Shown: positions 1-8,743 of the stretch, one piece after another | Layout of the letters: each line of letters begins with the position of its first letter | Numbering within the stretch: position 1 is the stretch's first letter | NCBI GenBank assembly: GCA_038131245.1 | Contig: JAYPPA010000010.1 | Coordinates: 983-64,982 of the forward strand | Source: Rickettsia sp. | Lineage (GTDB): Bacteria; Pseudomonadota; Alphaproteobacteria; Rickettsiales; UBA1997 | Direction of reading: 5' to 3' | Length of the DNA: 64,000 bases | Position numbers and translations under genes: made by a program | Notes under the pieces: model-generated | What the model saw: only the letters and a program-made list of their open reading frames with translations | What the model was told of the DNA's origin: nothing | Databases searched by the model: none

Positions 1-1074
1 AAAGGAATTTTTAGGAATATTTGACCTTGAAACCTCTTCGAGGCCTCTAGATAACAACTTCCATATAGTATTTAGACTTGACAAAGGTATCTTTTTTGCA
101 ATATCGATTAATATTTGCGTTGAGTCTTTATTATAGTCACTTGGCTCAATATTTACCAGCTTATATTTGGTTACATCATGGGTAATTAATGACAATTGTG
201 TAATTATTTGCGACAAATCTGATGATGTTTCATAAATTTTAGCAAATATATCTAAAGATTCTGCATATTTGGATTTTACAAGTAAATCAAAAAGCTCGAC
301 TATTTGACCCTTTTCATTAATCCCAAGCATTGAATTTAGAATCTCTGGGTCAATTTTTTTGTTGAAATTGTTAAATGAGATTAGTTGGTCGGTAATGGAC
401 AAAGCGTCTCTAACCGATCCTTCTGAATATTTTGCGATTGTTTGAGTTATTTGAGGCTCGAATTCATAGCCCTCTTTTTGTAGCACTGATCCAATGTGAG
501 TAGACAATTCATCCGCTGCGAGTCTTCTAAGGTCAAACCTTTGGCATCTTGATAAAATCGTAATTGGAACTTTTTTAATCTCAGTTGTAGCGAAAATGAA
601 CTTTACATATTTTGGCGGCTCTTCAAGGGTTTTTAATAAAGCATTAAAAGCCGAGTTAGAAAGCATGTGAACCTCATCAATAATATATATCTTATATTTA
701 GCAGAAACTGGGCTATATGCAATCGATTCTATGATTTCCCTTATGTCACCTACCCCGGTTTTACTTGCAGCATCCATCTCTATTACATCTTGATGTGAAT
801 AATTGCTAATTGATAGGCAATTGTCACATTTATTGCAACATTGTCCGGTTTTTACCGATTCTTCATCGCTACAATTGATGGTTTTAGCTATAATTCTTGC
901 AGTACTAGTTTTCCCAACCCCTCTTATACCAGTTAATATATAGGCGTGGTGCAGCTTGTTATTTTTTATTGCATTAGTTAGGGTTGTGACTAAGACTTCT
1001 TGGCCCACTAATTCGCTAAAGTCCTTCGGCCTGTATTTCCTAGCAAGAGCAATATAGTCGGTTTCTGCGCTCAT
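1..1074 (-). CDS. dnaX: DNA polymerase III subunit gamma/tau, N-terminal part (3' end runs off the window start)
   Basis: Own translation from ATG at 1074: MSAETDYIALARKYRPKDFSELVGQEVLV..GIRGVGKTSTARIIAK (Walker A), Cys cluster CCNKCDNC, IYIIDEVHMLS, ILSRCQRF. Absent from ORF track because it is edge-truncated. Confidence 0.9.
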   Translation of the reverse strand, partial: MSAETDYIALARKYRPKDFSELVGQEVLVTTLTNAIKNNKLHHAYILTGIRGVGKTSTARIIAKTINCSDEESVKTGQCCNKCDNCLSISNYSHQDVIEMDAASKTGVGDIREIIESIAYSPVSAKYKIYIIDEVHMLSNSAFNALLKTLEEPPKYVKFIFATTEIKKVPITILSRCQRFDLRRLAADELSTHIGSVLQKEGYEFEPQITQTIAKYSEGSVRDALSITDQLISFNNFNKKIDPEILNSMLGINEKGQIVELFDLLVKSKYAESLDIFAKIYETSSDLSQIITQLSLITHDVTKYKLVNIEPSDYNKDSTQILIDIAKKIPLSSLNTIWKLLSRGLEEVSRSNIPKNSF

Positions 1075-1100
1075 CTCATTATTTAGAGTATTATTATAAA

Positions 1101-1182
1101 GTGAGGGTAACCCAAAAACATATGTTATGGCTGCTTTATTTCTAACCTGACCAGATTGGCATACATCGTTGCCTACCCTCAC
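1101..1182 (-). ncRNA. ffs: SRP RNA (4.5S RNA)
   Basis: Minus-strand read GUGAGGGUAGG..CUGGUCAGGUUAGAAAUAAAGCAGCCAUA..UUACCCUCAC. It contains the conserved domain IV strings GGUCAGGU, a GAAA tetraloop and AAGCAGCCA, closed by a 9-bp terminal helix. It sits just upstream of dnaX, a known ffs position in many bacteria. Confidence 0.85.
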
Positions 1183-1189
1183 CTATTTA

Positions 1190-1218
1190 ATTATAACATA
1201 TTTTGAATAAAAATACAA
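1190..1218 (-). promoter_or_regulatory. sigma70-type promoter for ffs (TTGTAT-17-TATAAT)
   Basis: Minus strand TTGTAT, 17 nt spacer ttttattcaaaatatgt, TATAAT. The predicted start 7 nt downstream coincides with the 5' G of the SRP RNA helix. Confidence 0.65.
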
Positions 1219-1223
1219 GTATT

Positions 1224-1724
1224 TTATGAATTGCAAATTGTTTTAATTCTATTATATGCTTTAGCAATGCCTTTTAAGGAGTATTCATCAACAGCAAAAG
1301 TGCCAATGGAAGAATTTGATCTTACCAATAAATTCCTTTTATTAAGCATTTCTTGAATAATAAAGCTATCTTGGGCTTTAGTTTTGGTCCAGGCCATATC
1401 TTTATTAGTAACAAATGTGTATTTTAGGTCGTCTATTGCAATGAATATGTTACTATTTATCTTATATTCATAGCCTCCGTAGATTCCTATCTCTTCATAT
1501 CTTTCATTTTGATATCTAGTAATTATTATGTAAGGTTCTTTTCTAGAATGATGGTTGGTATTTTTCTTGACTGGATGACTGATCATGTAGCATTTTTTGT
1601 TACCATATGAATCAGATTTCATCTCATACACAGTCCAATTGTAGAAGGAACTATCAATAACCTGAGCAAATAGGCTCTGTGGCATAAATACTGTAAAAAT
1701 AATAAATAAACAGATTTTTTTCAT
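1224..1724 (-). CDS. secreted protein, invasion-associated locus B (IalB)-like
   Basis: ORF track 166 aa with an N-terminal signal peptide (MKKICLFIIFTVFMPQSLFA). The C-terminal pattern ..DEYSLKGIAKAYNRIKTIC resembles the IalB family from memory. No search was run. Confidence 0.55.
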   Translation of the reverse strand: MKKICLFIIFTVFMPQSLFAQVIDSSFYNWTVYEMKSDSYGNKKCYMISHPVKKNTNHHSRKEPYIIITRYQNERYEEIGIYGGYEYKINSNIFIAIDDLKYTFVTNKDMAWTKTKAQDSFIIQEMLNKRNLLVRSNSSIGTFAVDEYSLKGIAKAYNRIKTICNS

Positions 1725-2708
1725 CTACTTTGTTCTATTTAATGCAAAATTGACAATTTCAACTAAATGTTGCTTTTCTAGTGAATCTTGTATAGCTTTT
1801 AATGATTCTAAGGCCTTTTGGTGGTAAACTTTTGCATATTCAAAAGATTTTCCAAAAGAATCATAGCTATTTAAGATCTCAAGAATCTGTTCTAGATCTT
1901 GCTGAGTTGCCTTACCATCGTAACTTTTAGCAAAAAGCTCTTCAATTTTTTGGCGATCTTGCTCTTTGGCATCTCGGTAGCACAAAATAATAGGCAGAGT
2001 CACTTTTGACTCGAAAAAATCATCCCCAGCAGCCTTGCCAAGCTCACTAGTGTTGCTTGTGTAGTCAATAATATCATCAATAATTTGAAATAGCAATCCA
2101 AGATTATTACCATATTGATATAGCGCGAATTCTTGCTCTTTGGTTGCTTTAGCAATTGCCGCCCCAGAAGAACAAGCGCTAGCAAAAAGCACCGAGGTTT
2201 TGCCTTCTATTATTTCTAGGTACTTTTCGATACTAATTGATAGATCGTTTGAATTTTCAAGCTGGTTTACTTCGCCATCAGCTATTAAATTTGAAGCCCT
2301 AGACAATATATCCAAAATATATATCGACTTTGTTTTAACCATTAACTGAAACGCTAAAGAAAAAAGAAAGTCCCCAACCAATATCGATGCTTTATTATCC
2401 CATATTGAATTTGCGGTTTTTTTGCCTCTTCGTAGTTCACTATTATCAATCACATCGTCGTGAAGCAATGTTGCGGTGTGAATAAGCTCGGTTGCTGCAC
2501 ATAGATTGTGGTAATCTTTAGAGTCAGGGTCGGTTAATTTTGCGCAAATCGCAACAAGTATGGGCCGAATCTTCTTTCCTCCAGACGAGGTTATATATTT
2601 GGCAATTTCTTCGACAAGGTCGGACTTACCCTTACAGTGAAGCTTTATTATATCGTCAACTTTGGCTAAATCGCCTTGGTAACTATCTAAGACATCATTA
2701 AATTTCAT
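1725..2708 (-). CDS. ispB: octaprenyl/polyprenyl diphosphate synthase
   Basis: 327 aa with both aspartate-rich motifs of trans-prenyltransferases (LLHDDVID and QIIDDIIDY). Confidence 0.9.
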   Translation of the reverse strand: MKFNDVLDSYQGDLAKVDDIIKLHCKGKSDLVEEIAKYITSSGGKKIRPILVAICAKLTDPDSKDYHNLCAATELIHTATLLHDDVIDNSELRRGKKTANSIWDNKASILVGDFLFSLAFQLMVKTKSIYILDILSRASNLIADGEVNQLENSNDLSISIEKYLEIIEGKTSVLFASACSSGAAIAKATKEQEFALYQYGNNLGLLFQIIDDIIDYTSNTSELGKAAGDDFFESKVTLPIILCYRDAKEQDRQKIEELFAKSYDGKATQQDLEQILEILNSYDSFGKSFEYAKVYHQKALESLKAIQDSLEKQHLVEIVNFALNRTK

Positions 2709-2719
2709 AAATTAATATT

Positions 2720-2857
2720 TTAATGAGATGAATCATATAAATCCAGTCTATTTTTATAGACAGAATCCTTCACCTCTTTTTTCTTGTAATGAGCAACAGT
2801 TTCAGAGCAAGATGCTAAAAATAATGAAATTACAAGATATTTAACTATTTTGCTCAT
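2720..2857 (-). CDS. small lipoprotein, 45 aa (below ORF-track cutoff)
   Basis: Own translation: MSKIVKYLVISLFLASCSETVAHYKKKEVKDSVYKNRLDLYDSSH. It has a basic n-region, a hydrophobic core and a lipobox L-A-S-C. Its ATG overlaps the last 17 nt of the upstream 102-aa ORF. Confidence 0.5.
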   Translation of the reverse strand: MSKIVKYLVISLFLASCSETVAHYKKKEVKDSVYKNRLDLYDSSH

Positions 2858-3149
2858 AAATTTTCATTAAATTTTCTCGACATTTTCTTGATTTGTCTTG
2901 AATATCATTTAAAATAGCCCTAACTTCTTCAATTTTAACATGATCTTGTGAGTTTTTAACAATTTCTATATAGTTTTGAGTAAGCTTGTCAACCGACTCT
3001 TCTAGGTAAAGTATTGTTTTTTCAACCTCATCAAACTGACTTTTATTATATGGCTTGTTAGAATTAGAAGCCACAGAAACAATATTATCAGCTAAATCGT
3101 AAAATTTTACAAATTCATTATATGTTTTTTCTTGATTTGGAGTTGCCAT
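2841..3149 (-). CDS. hypothetical coiled-coil protein
   Basis: 102-aa ORF with no recognisable motif. It fills an otherwise empty interval. Confidence 0.5.
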   Translation of the reverse strand: MATPNQEKTYNEFVKFYDLADNIVSVASNSNKPYNKSQFDEVEKTILYLEESVDKLTQNYIEIVKNSQDHVKIEEVRAILNDIQDKSRKCRENLMKIYEQNS

Positions 3150-3266
3150 TGTTTTATAATTAAGTTAACACCATTTATTAAAAAAGGCGCAAAAAATAAT
3201 TTCCTATATATATTCTTGCAAATTTTTTTTTAAATGTCAAAATTTTATTGATAATTATGATAATTA

Positions 3267-3986
3267 ATGGTTAATTTTAATATATTTACATTATTTCCTG
3301 AGATTTATCCTGGCCCTTTTGGTTATTCGATCATGAAGGACGCCGTTGATGCTGGGATTTTTTCACTAAAACCCATTGACATAAAAGACTATGCAATTGG
3401 TAAGCACCGCCTGATAGATGATAAAATTTGCGGAGGTGGTTCTGGGATGTTGATGAGACCAGATGTTATTGAAGCTGCTTTAAAGTCAAATAATGTATCA
3501 AAAGGAGACAAAATTATATGCATGTCGGCAAAAGGTAAAAAATTTACGCAAAAAATAGCTCAGGATTTATCTAGATTAAATGATATTACGATAATCTGCC
3601 CAAGATATGAGGGTGTTGATCAAAGATTTATAGACGAGTATGAGGTTGAGGAATATTCTATCGGGGATTATGTGCTATCTAATGGCGACATTTCTGCTTA
3701 TATTGTGATAGATGCTATTGTCCGTAATATTGCTGGGGTGCTTGGTGATAAGAAAAGCCTACTTGATGAATCATTTTCAATGGATGGAGAATCTTGTTTA
3801 CTTGAATATCCACAATATACTAAGCCTAATATTTGGCAAGATAGAGAGGTTCCAGAGGTGCTTCTTTCGGGTAATCATGGCTTGATTAGAAAGTGGCAAA
3901 TTGAGAAATCTATCGAATATACTAAAAATAATAGGCCGGATTTATATTCAAAATATATTAACAAAAATGGAGGTGATGATGAGTAA
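3267..3986 (+). CDS. trmD: tRNA (guanine37-N1)-methyltransferase
   Basis: 239 aa with typical TrmD strings (FTLFPE, GGGSGMLM, RYEGVDQR, LLSGNH). Confidence 0.9.
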   Translation: MVNFNIFTLFPEIYPGPFGYSIMKDAVDAGIFSLKPIDIKDYAIGKHRLIDDKICGGGSGMLMRPDVIEAALKSNNVSKGDKIICMSAKGKKFTQKIAQDLSRLNDITIICPRYEGVDQRFIDEYEVEEYSIGDYVLSNGDISAYIVIDAIVRNIAGVLGDKKSLLDESFSMDGESCLLEYPQYTKPNIWQDREVPEVLLSGNHGLIRKWQIEKSIEYTKNNRPDLYSKYINKNGGDDE

Positions 3987-4527
3987 TATTTTAAGCTATC
4001 GAGGCGTCTTTCCTACTATTGCTGACAATTCATTTGTTGCTAGTAATGCAATAATTTCAGGAGACACCATCATAGGAGAAAAGTCCAGCATTTGGTATGG
4101 ATGCGTGGTTCGCGGCGATGTGTCTCATGTTAGGATTGGCTCTAATACCAATATACAAGACAATTCAGTAATTCATGTAACTAGGCCAAATCATGTGGCT
4201 AATAAAACTGGAGAGGCTGGGGCTCCGACAATTATTGGTGATAATGTAACTGTTGGTCATAGCGCGATTATTCATGCCTGCACCATTCAAAGCAATGCTT
4301 TTGTGGGTATGGGCAGTGTGGTTATGGATATGGCTATAGTTGAGGAGTATTCGATGCTTGCTGCTGGGGCTGTTTTGACTCCGGGCAAAGTGGTTAAATC
4401 CGGACAGCTTTGGGTTGGAAATCCAGCTAAATATTTTCGTGATTTAACTCAAAAAGAAAGGGATTATATAGCAGTATCGGCTGATAATTATTATGAATTG
4501 GCTATGGAATACAAAAATGCTAAATAA
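3976..4527 (+). CDS. gamma-class carbonic anhydrase-like / hexapeptide-repeat protein
   Basis: Left-handed beta-helix hexapeptide pattern (IWYGCVVRGDVSHVRIGSNTNIQDNSVIHV, IGDNVTVGHSAIIHAC). Start moved to the MMSNIL.. ATG just after a GGAGG. The track start at 3901 overlaps trmD. Confidence 0.8.
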   Translation: MMSNILSYRGVFPTIADNSFVASNAIISGDTIIGEKSSIWYGCVVRGDVSHVRIGSNTNIQDNSVIHVTRPNHVANKTGEAGAPTIIGDNVTVGHSAIIHACTIQSNAFVGMGSVVMDMAIVEEYSMLAAGAVLTPGKVVKSGQLWVGNPAKYFRDLTQKERDYIAVSADNYYELAMEYKNAK

Positions 4528-5317
4528 AAAAGATATTGAAAAATTAGTAGCAATTGCCAAGGAGGCTGGGGAAATTGCGGTTTCTTCAAGGAAATCTAGT
4601 GATTTTAAAATAAAGAAAAAGCTAGATGGCAGTAAAGTTTCAACTTCAGATATACTAGTTGACGAGTTCTTGCAAAAAAGTATTTTAAGCATAACTCCCG
4701 AGGTTAAAATAGTTTCTGAAGAGTCTGATTTGCCAAATCCAAAAGACTTAAAGGATGATTATTACTGGTTAATTGATCCAATTGATGGAACTTCGAATTT
4801 TTGCAGCGGAAAAGATGAATTTACGGTGAACCTGTGCTTATTAAAAGATCGAGAACCAATATTTTCGATAATTCACGCCCCCTTATACAAAATGGGAAAG
4901 ACTGCATATATAGATAAAAATAAAAATTTGGTGCTGGAATCGCTTGATTTGGAGTCAAATGACGATTCAAAACCAGTAATAGTAGCAAGTAGAGGAATAA
5001 ATGATGAAATAATAAAGAAATTTGTTGAAAAATATCTTTATTATGATGAAAATGGATATATAATAAAGAAAATGTCCTCGTCTGTTAAGTTTTTTGAGAT
5101 TTTAGAAGGAAGGTCTGACTTCTTTTTAATGCTTCACAGGACTAATGAGTGGGATGTGGCCGCTGGTCATGCGTTAATTGACTCTATTGGCGGGTCTATT
5201 TTTGAAATTGGTAATACTGACAAATTGCAAAAAATGCAGTATTTTAAAAAAGATTTTCTGAATAATAATTTAATTATTTCTTCAAATTATGGTAAAGAAA
5301 CTTGTCTTAAATTGTAA
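4517..5317 (+). CDS. inositol monophosphatase family protein (CysQ/SuhB-like)
   Basis: Motifs SEE.., WLIDPIDGTSNF, WDVAAGHAL. Start taken at the internal MLNKKDIEKL. Confidence 0.8.
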   Translation: MLNKKDIEKLVAIAKEAGEIAVSSRKSSDFKIKKKLDGSKVSTSDILVDEFLQKSILSITPEVKIVSEESDLPNPKDLKDDYYWLIDPIDGTSNFCSGKDEFTVNLCLLKDREPIFSIIHAPLYKMGKTAYIDKNKNLVLESLDLESNDDSKPVIVASRGINDEIIKKFVEKYLYYDENGYIIKKMSSSVKFFEILEGRSDFFLMLHRTNEWDVAAGHALIDSIGGSIFEIGNTDKLQKMQYFKKDFLNNNLIISSNYGKETCLKL

Positions 5318-5648
5318 CTTTCCATCTGGAACAGCGCCTGTGAATCTTTATATAGGTCAGCCATCTGATGATTCTCACCCTATTGAATTTCAATCTGAGT
5401 GGCTAGCTAATGAATATGGAGGATCGATTCCTTCTGAGATAATGGACTCCATGGAGGAGCTTCACACTATATCGATTAAGAATAAGTTAAATTTTGAGGA
5501 TTTATGTCAGCATGTTTTTAAAGAAGCTAACGAAATAAATGCTATTAACAAGGAAAAGGCCGTGCGCAGTAAGCAAATTGCACATATCAAAAAAATCGAT
5601 ACCATTTCTTCAGATTCAAATAATTCTAAACCAAATAGTGATAAATGA
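5289..5648 (+). CDS. conserved hypothetical protein (DUF2610-like, from memory only)
   Basis: 119-aa ORF. N-terminal ..CNFPSGTAPVNLYIGQPSDDSHPIEFQSEWL..GGSIPSEIMDS resembles a small alphaproteobacterial family. Unverified. Confidence 0.5.
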   Translation: MVKKLVLNCNFPSGTAPVNLYIGQPSDDSHPIEFQSEWLANEYGGSIPSEIMDSMEELHTISIKNKLNFEDLCQHVFKEANEINAINKEKAVRSKQIAHIKKIDTISSDSNNSKPNSDK

Positions 5649-6571
5649 ATAATAGTGAGCTAAAATCAAAGAAAATACTTGTTTTAATGGGAGGTTGGAA
5701 CGAAGAAAGAGAGGTTTCCTTGAAGTCTGGTGAGGCTGTGCTAAATGCCCTTTTGAGTGCTGGGTATAATGCGGTTGGCTTGGATTTTGACAGAAGCTTT
5801 ATCGACAAGATTTCAAAAATTGCACCAGATATTGTTTTTATAGCCCTTCATGGCAAGTTTGGCGAAGATGGCAGGGTTCAATCTATATTGGATTTCTTAC
5901 AAATTCCTTACACGCACTCTTCGTCACTACCCTGCTCTATTTGCATGAATAAAGAGATTACATTGAGCCTTGTAAAGCATCTTATCAATGTACCAAGAGG
6001 TCATATTTTACACAAAGGAGATGTTGATAAAAATAAAGAAAAGATAGCTGATATTGGTTACCCAATTGTCATAAAGCCTTTGGATAGTGGCTCTAGCGTT
6101 GGTGTTAATATAATATTACAACCAAACGATTTTGACATAGATCAATATGATTGGCCCTATGGAGATAGAATGATAGCTGAAGAGTATATCAAAGGTAAAG
6201 AGGTTCAAGTTGCGGTTATGAATAATTCTGCCATTGGTGCTATTGAAATTAGGCCTAAAAATAAATTTTATGACTATGAGAGTAAATATTCTGGGGGATC
6301 TGAATATATAATGCCAGCAGATATACCAGAAGAAATTTATAGCGAGTTACTAAAATCCTGCAAGGCGGTGCATGAGTACTTAAATTGTAGTGGAGTATCG
6401 AGGGTTGACTGTATATACAGCCCAGAAAAGAGAAAATTTTACTTTCTTGAAATTAATACTCACCCTGGTTTTACTGAAAATTCGCTACTTCCAAAAATTG
6501 CAAAATATCAAGGAATTAGCTTTCTTCAAATAGTTGAGTACCTACTAAATACAGCAAAATGCGATTTATAA
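5645..6571 (+). CDS. ddl: D-alanine--D-alanine ligase
   Basis: 308 aa ATP-grasp protein with typical Ddl strings (VLMGGWNEEREVSL, HGKFGEDG, EINTHPG). Sits in dcw context upstream of ftsQ. Confidence 0.9.
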   Translation: MNNSELKSKKILVLMGGWNEEREVSLKSGEAVLNALLSAGYNAVGLDFDRSFIDKISKIAPDIVFIALHGKFGEDGRVQSILDFLQIPYTHSSSLPCSICMNKEITLSLVKHLINVPRGHILHKGDVDKNKEKIADIGYPIVIKPLDSGSSVGVNIILQPNDFDIDQYDWPYGDRMIAEEYIKGKEVQVAVMNNSAIGAIEIRPKNKFYDYESKYSGGSEYIMPADIPEEIYSELLKSCKAVHEYLNCSGVSRVDCIYSPEKRKFYFLEINTHPGFTENSLLPKIAKYQGISFLQIVEYLLNTAKCDL

Positions 6572-7395
6572 GGAAAATATACAGGAAAATTACCGGACTT
6601 GGCAAAATTAGCTCTAGAGAGTTGAGGCTATTTGTGTCAAATAAAATAGTTTTAAATCTAGTGAGGCTTCTTGTGCTGTTAATTGTGCTCTTAGCTTTGT
6701 TTTGCCTATATATCTATATTTACAAGCCGCATTATATAGATAAGGCAAAAAATCGATCTATATATTTACTATCAAAATATACTGATATTAATTTCAATAA
6801 ATTTACTGTAGTAACCAAAGGAACCGTGAGATCCGACAAAGAGGCTATATCTCGAATTATACAAGAAAAATATCAAAATAAAAAGGCTTCTGAGTCTTTA
6901 AATGAGTTTGACGACCTAATAAAAGAGATTAAGCAAGATCAAAAGTGGATAGATTCGATACATATTTTTAGGTCACTTCCTAATAAAATTAATGTAAATA
7001 TTGTTGAATTTGTTCCTTTTGCTTTATGGAAAGATCTGGATAAATACTATGTAGTTGACAGTAATGGTCAAATAATTCCAATTGATAATGAAGAGGAGTT
7101 TGATTATCTGATAGTATTATCTGGCAAAAATGCCTATTTGCATGTCAAATCAATATTTAACATAATGGCCATTAATCCACAAATTAGCGCAAGAATCTAT
7201 TCTGCGACCTGGGTTGGCAACAGAAGGTGGGACTTAAGACTTGATAATTCTCTACTAATTAAGCTTCCTAGCTCAAAAATAACGAATTCTTGGAACAAAT
7301 TGGTAAGATTATACAACACAGAAGGGTCTTTTTACAACCTTAAGGTCATAGATCTTAGAATTAAAAACAAAATCTACCTTGAATATAAAGATTAA
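6559..7395 (+). CDS. ftsQ: cell division protein FtsQ
   Basis: 278 aa, a single N-terminal TM segment followed by a POTRA-like region. Positioned between ddl and ftsA. Confidence 0.8.
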   Translation: MRFIRKIYRKITGLGKISSRELRLFVSNKIVLNLVRLLVLLIVLLALFCLYIYIYKPHYIDKAKNRSIYLLSKYTDINFNKFTVVTKGTVRSDKEAISRIIQEKYQNKKASESLNEFDDLIKEIKQDQKWIDSIHIFRSLPNKINVNIVEFVPFALWKDLDKYYVVDSNGQIIPIDNEEEFDYLIVLSGKNAYLHVKSIFNIMAINPQISARIYSATWVGNRRWDLRLDNSLLIKLPSSKITNSWNKLVRLYNTEGSFYNLKVIDLRIKNKIYLEYKD

Positions 7396-7498
7396 AACAG
7401 TTAATATAGTAATTAGTGGTTATACTGGTTAAATTTCAAAATCTAGTATAATTTTAATTTTGAAGTTAAATTGTGTTACTTATGATTATATTTTTATA

Positions 7499-8743
7499 AT
7501 GCGTAGACTAAAAAAAGGGAAAATTATAGCTTGTCTTGATATTGGTTCTTCCAATATTATATGCACCATAGCATCTTTGTCATCGGATGGCGATGTCAGA
7601 ATTATGGGCTATTCTATGAAGGAAGCGAAAGGTGTATCAGGAGGCGCTATATCAGACATGAAGGTTGTCCAAAAATCAATAATCAATACCGTTTCAGAAG
7701 CCGAAAGGATGGCTAACATCAATATTGAAAAACTGTTAGTTTCAATCTCTGGAAGTATATTAAACTCAGACAGAATCGAAGAGAGAATTAAGATATCTTC
7801 TAGTTCGGTTAAATCTTCAGATATATCTAATTTAGCCAATAAAGTCAGAAATTCCTACAGAAAAACCTCAAAAGAGATGATTCATTTGATTCCTATGGAA
7901 TATAAAATTGACGATTCAATGCCCGTTCAAAACCCAAGATTAATGTCTGGAGAGTATTTATACGCCAAATTTCACGCAGTTTCAACCTCTAGAACCAACA
8001 TTTTAAATATTGAAAATTGTTTAAGATCATGTCAAATTTCAGTCAATAACTATATTATTGAACCCTACTCTAGCTACTTAGCTTCAGTTTCAGAAAGTGA
8101 AAAATCTGTTGGCAATCTAATAATTGACATAGGAGGAGATGTAACATCTTACGCTATTTTAATAGACGGAAAAATGATACATTGTGGAGGCTTTATTATG
8201 GCTGGAAAGCACATAACCAAAGATATTTCGACAATATTGGGGGTTAATTATGATTATGCTGAAAAAATTAAGAATTTAAATTCCACATTGATATTATCTC
8301 AAAGTGCAAAAAAGGAGATTATAAAATATAGAATTAGCAACCAAGATGAAACCTCCATGCTTAAAATGACCAAAGGAGATCTTCGAGAGATCATTAAATG
8401 CAGATTGGAGGAAATATTTGAAACTGTTAAATCTTCAATTGAAAGCGCTAAAATACCAGATTTTATATTTAGCAATGTGATACTTACTGGTGGAACTGCT
8501 AATATTATTGGAATTGATCAAGTTGCTAATGAGATTTTTTCGAAAAACACCAGGGTTGCTCATCCTTTTGATTTGGAAGGTTTTTCTAACGCTGAAGATA
8601 TTAATCGCCTGGAATTCTCTTCATCGATTGGAATGTTAATCTTTTTAAAGAAACTTGTTACAAAAGATAAAATAAAATCTAGCTTTGAGCACAAGGAGGT
8701 TGGCTTTCTTAAAAAGCTACTAGACAAGATTGTAGACTATTAA
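7499..8743 (+). CDS. ftsA: cell division protein FtsA
   Basis: Actin-like ATPase strings (LDIGSSNI, DIGGDVTSY, LTGGTANI). Start taken at MRRLKKGKIIACLDIGSS. Confidence 0.9.
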   Translation: MRRLKKGKIIACLDIGSSNIICTIASLSSDGDVRIMGYSMKEAKGVSGGAISDMKVVQKSIINTVSEAERMANINIEKLLVSISGSILNSDRIEERIKISSSSVKSSDISNLANKVRNSYRKTSKEMIHLIPMEYKIDDSMPVQNPRLMSGEYLYAKFHAVSTSRTNILNIENCLRSCQISVNNYIIEPYSSYLASVSESEKSVGNLIIDIGGDVTSYAILIDGKMIHCGGFIMAGKHITKDISTILGVNYDYAEKIKNLNSTLILSQSAKKEIIKYRISNQDETSMLKMTKGDLREIIKCRLEEIFETVKSSIESAKIPDFIFSNVILTGGTANIIGIDQVANEIFSKNTRVAHPFDLEGFSNAEDINRLEFSSSIGMLIFLKKLVTKDKIKSSFEHKEVGFLKKLLDKIVDY

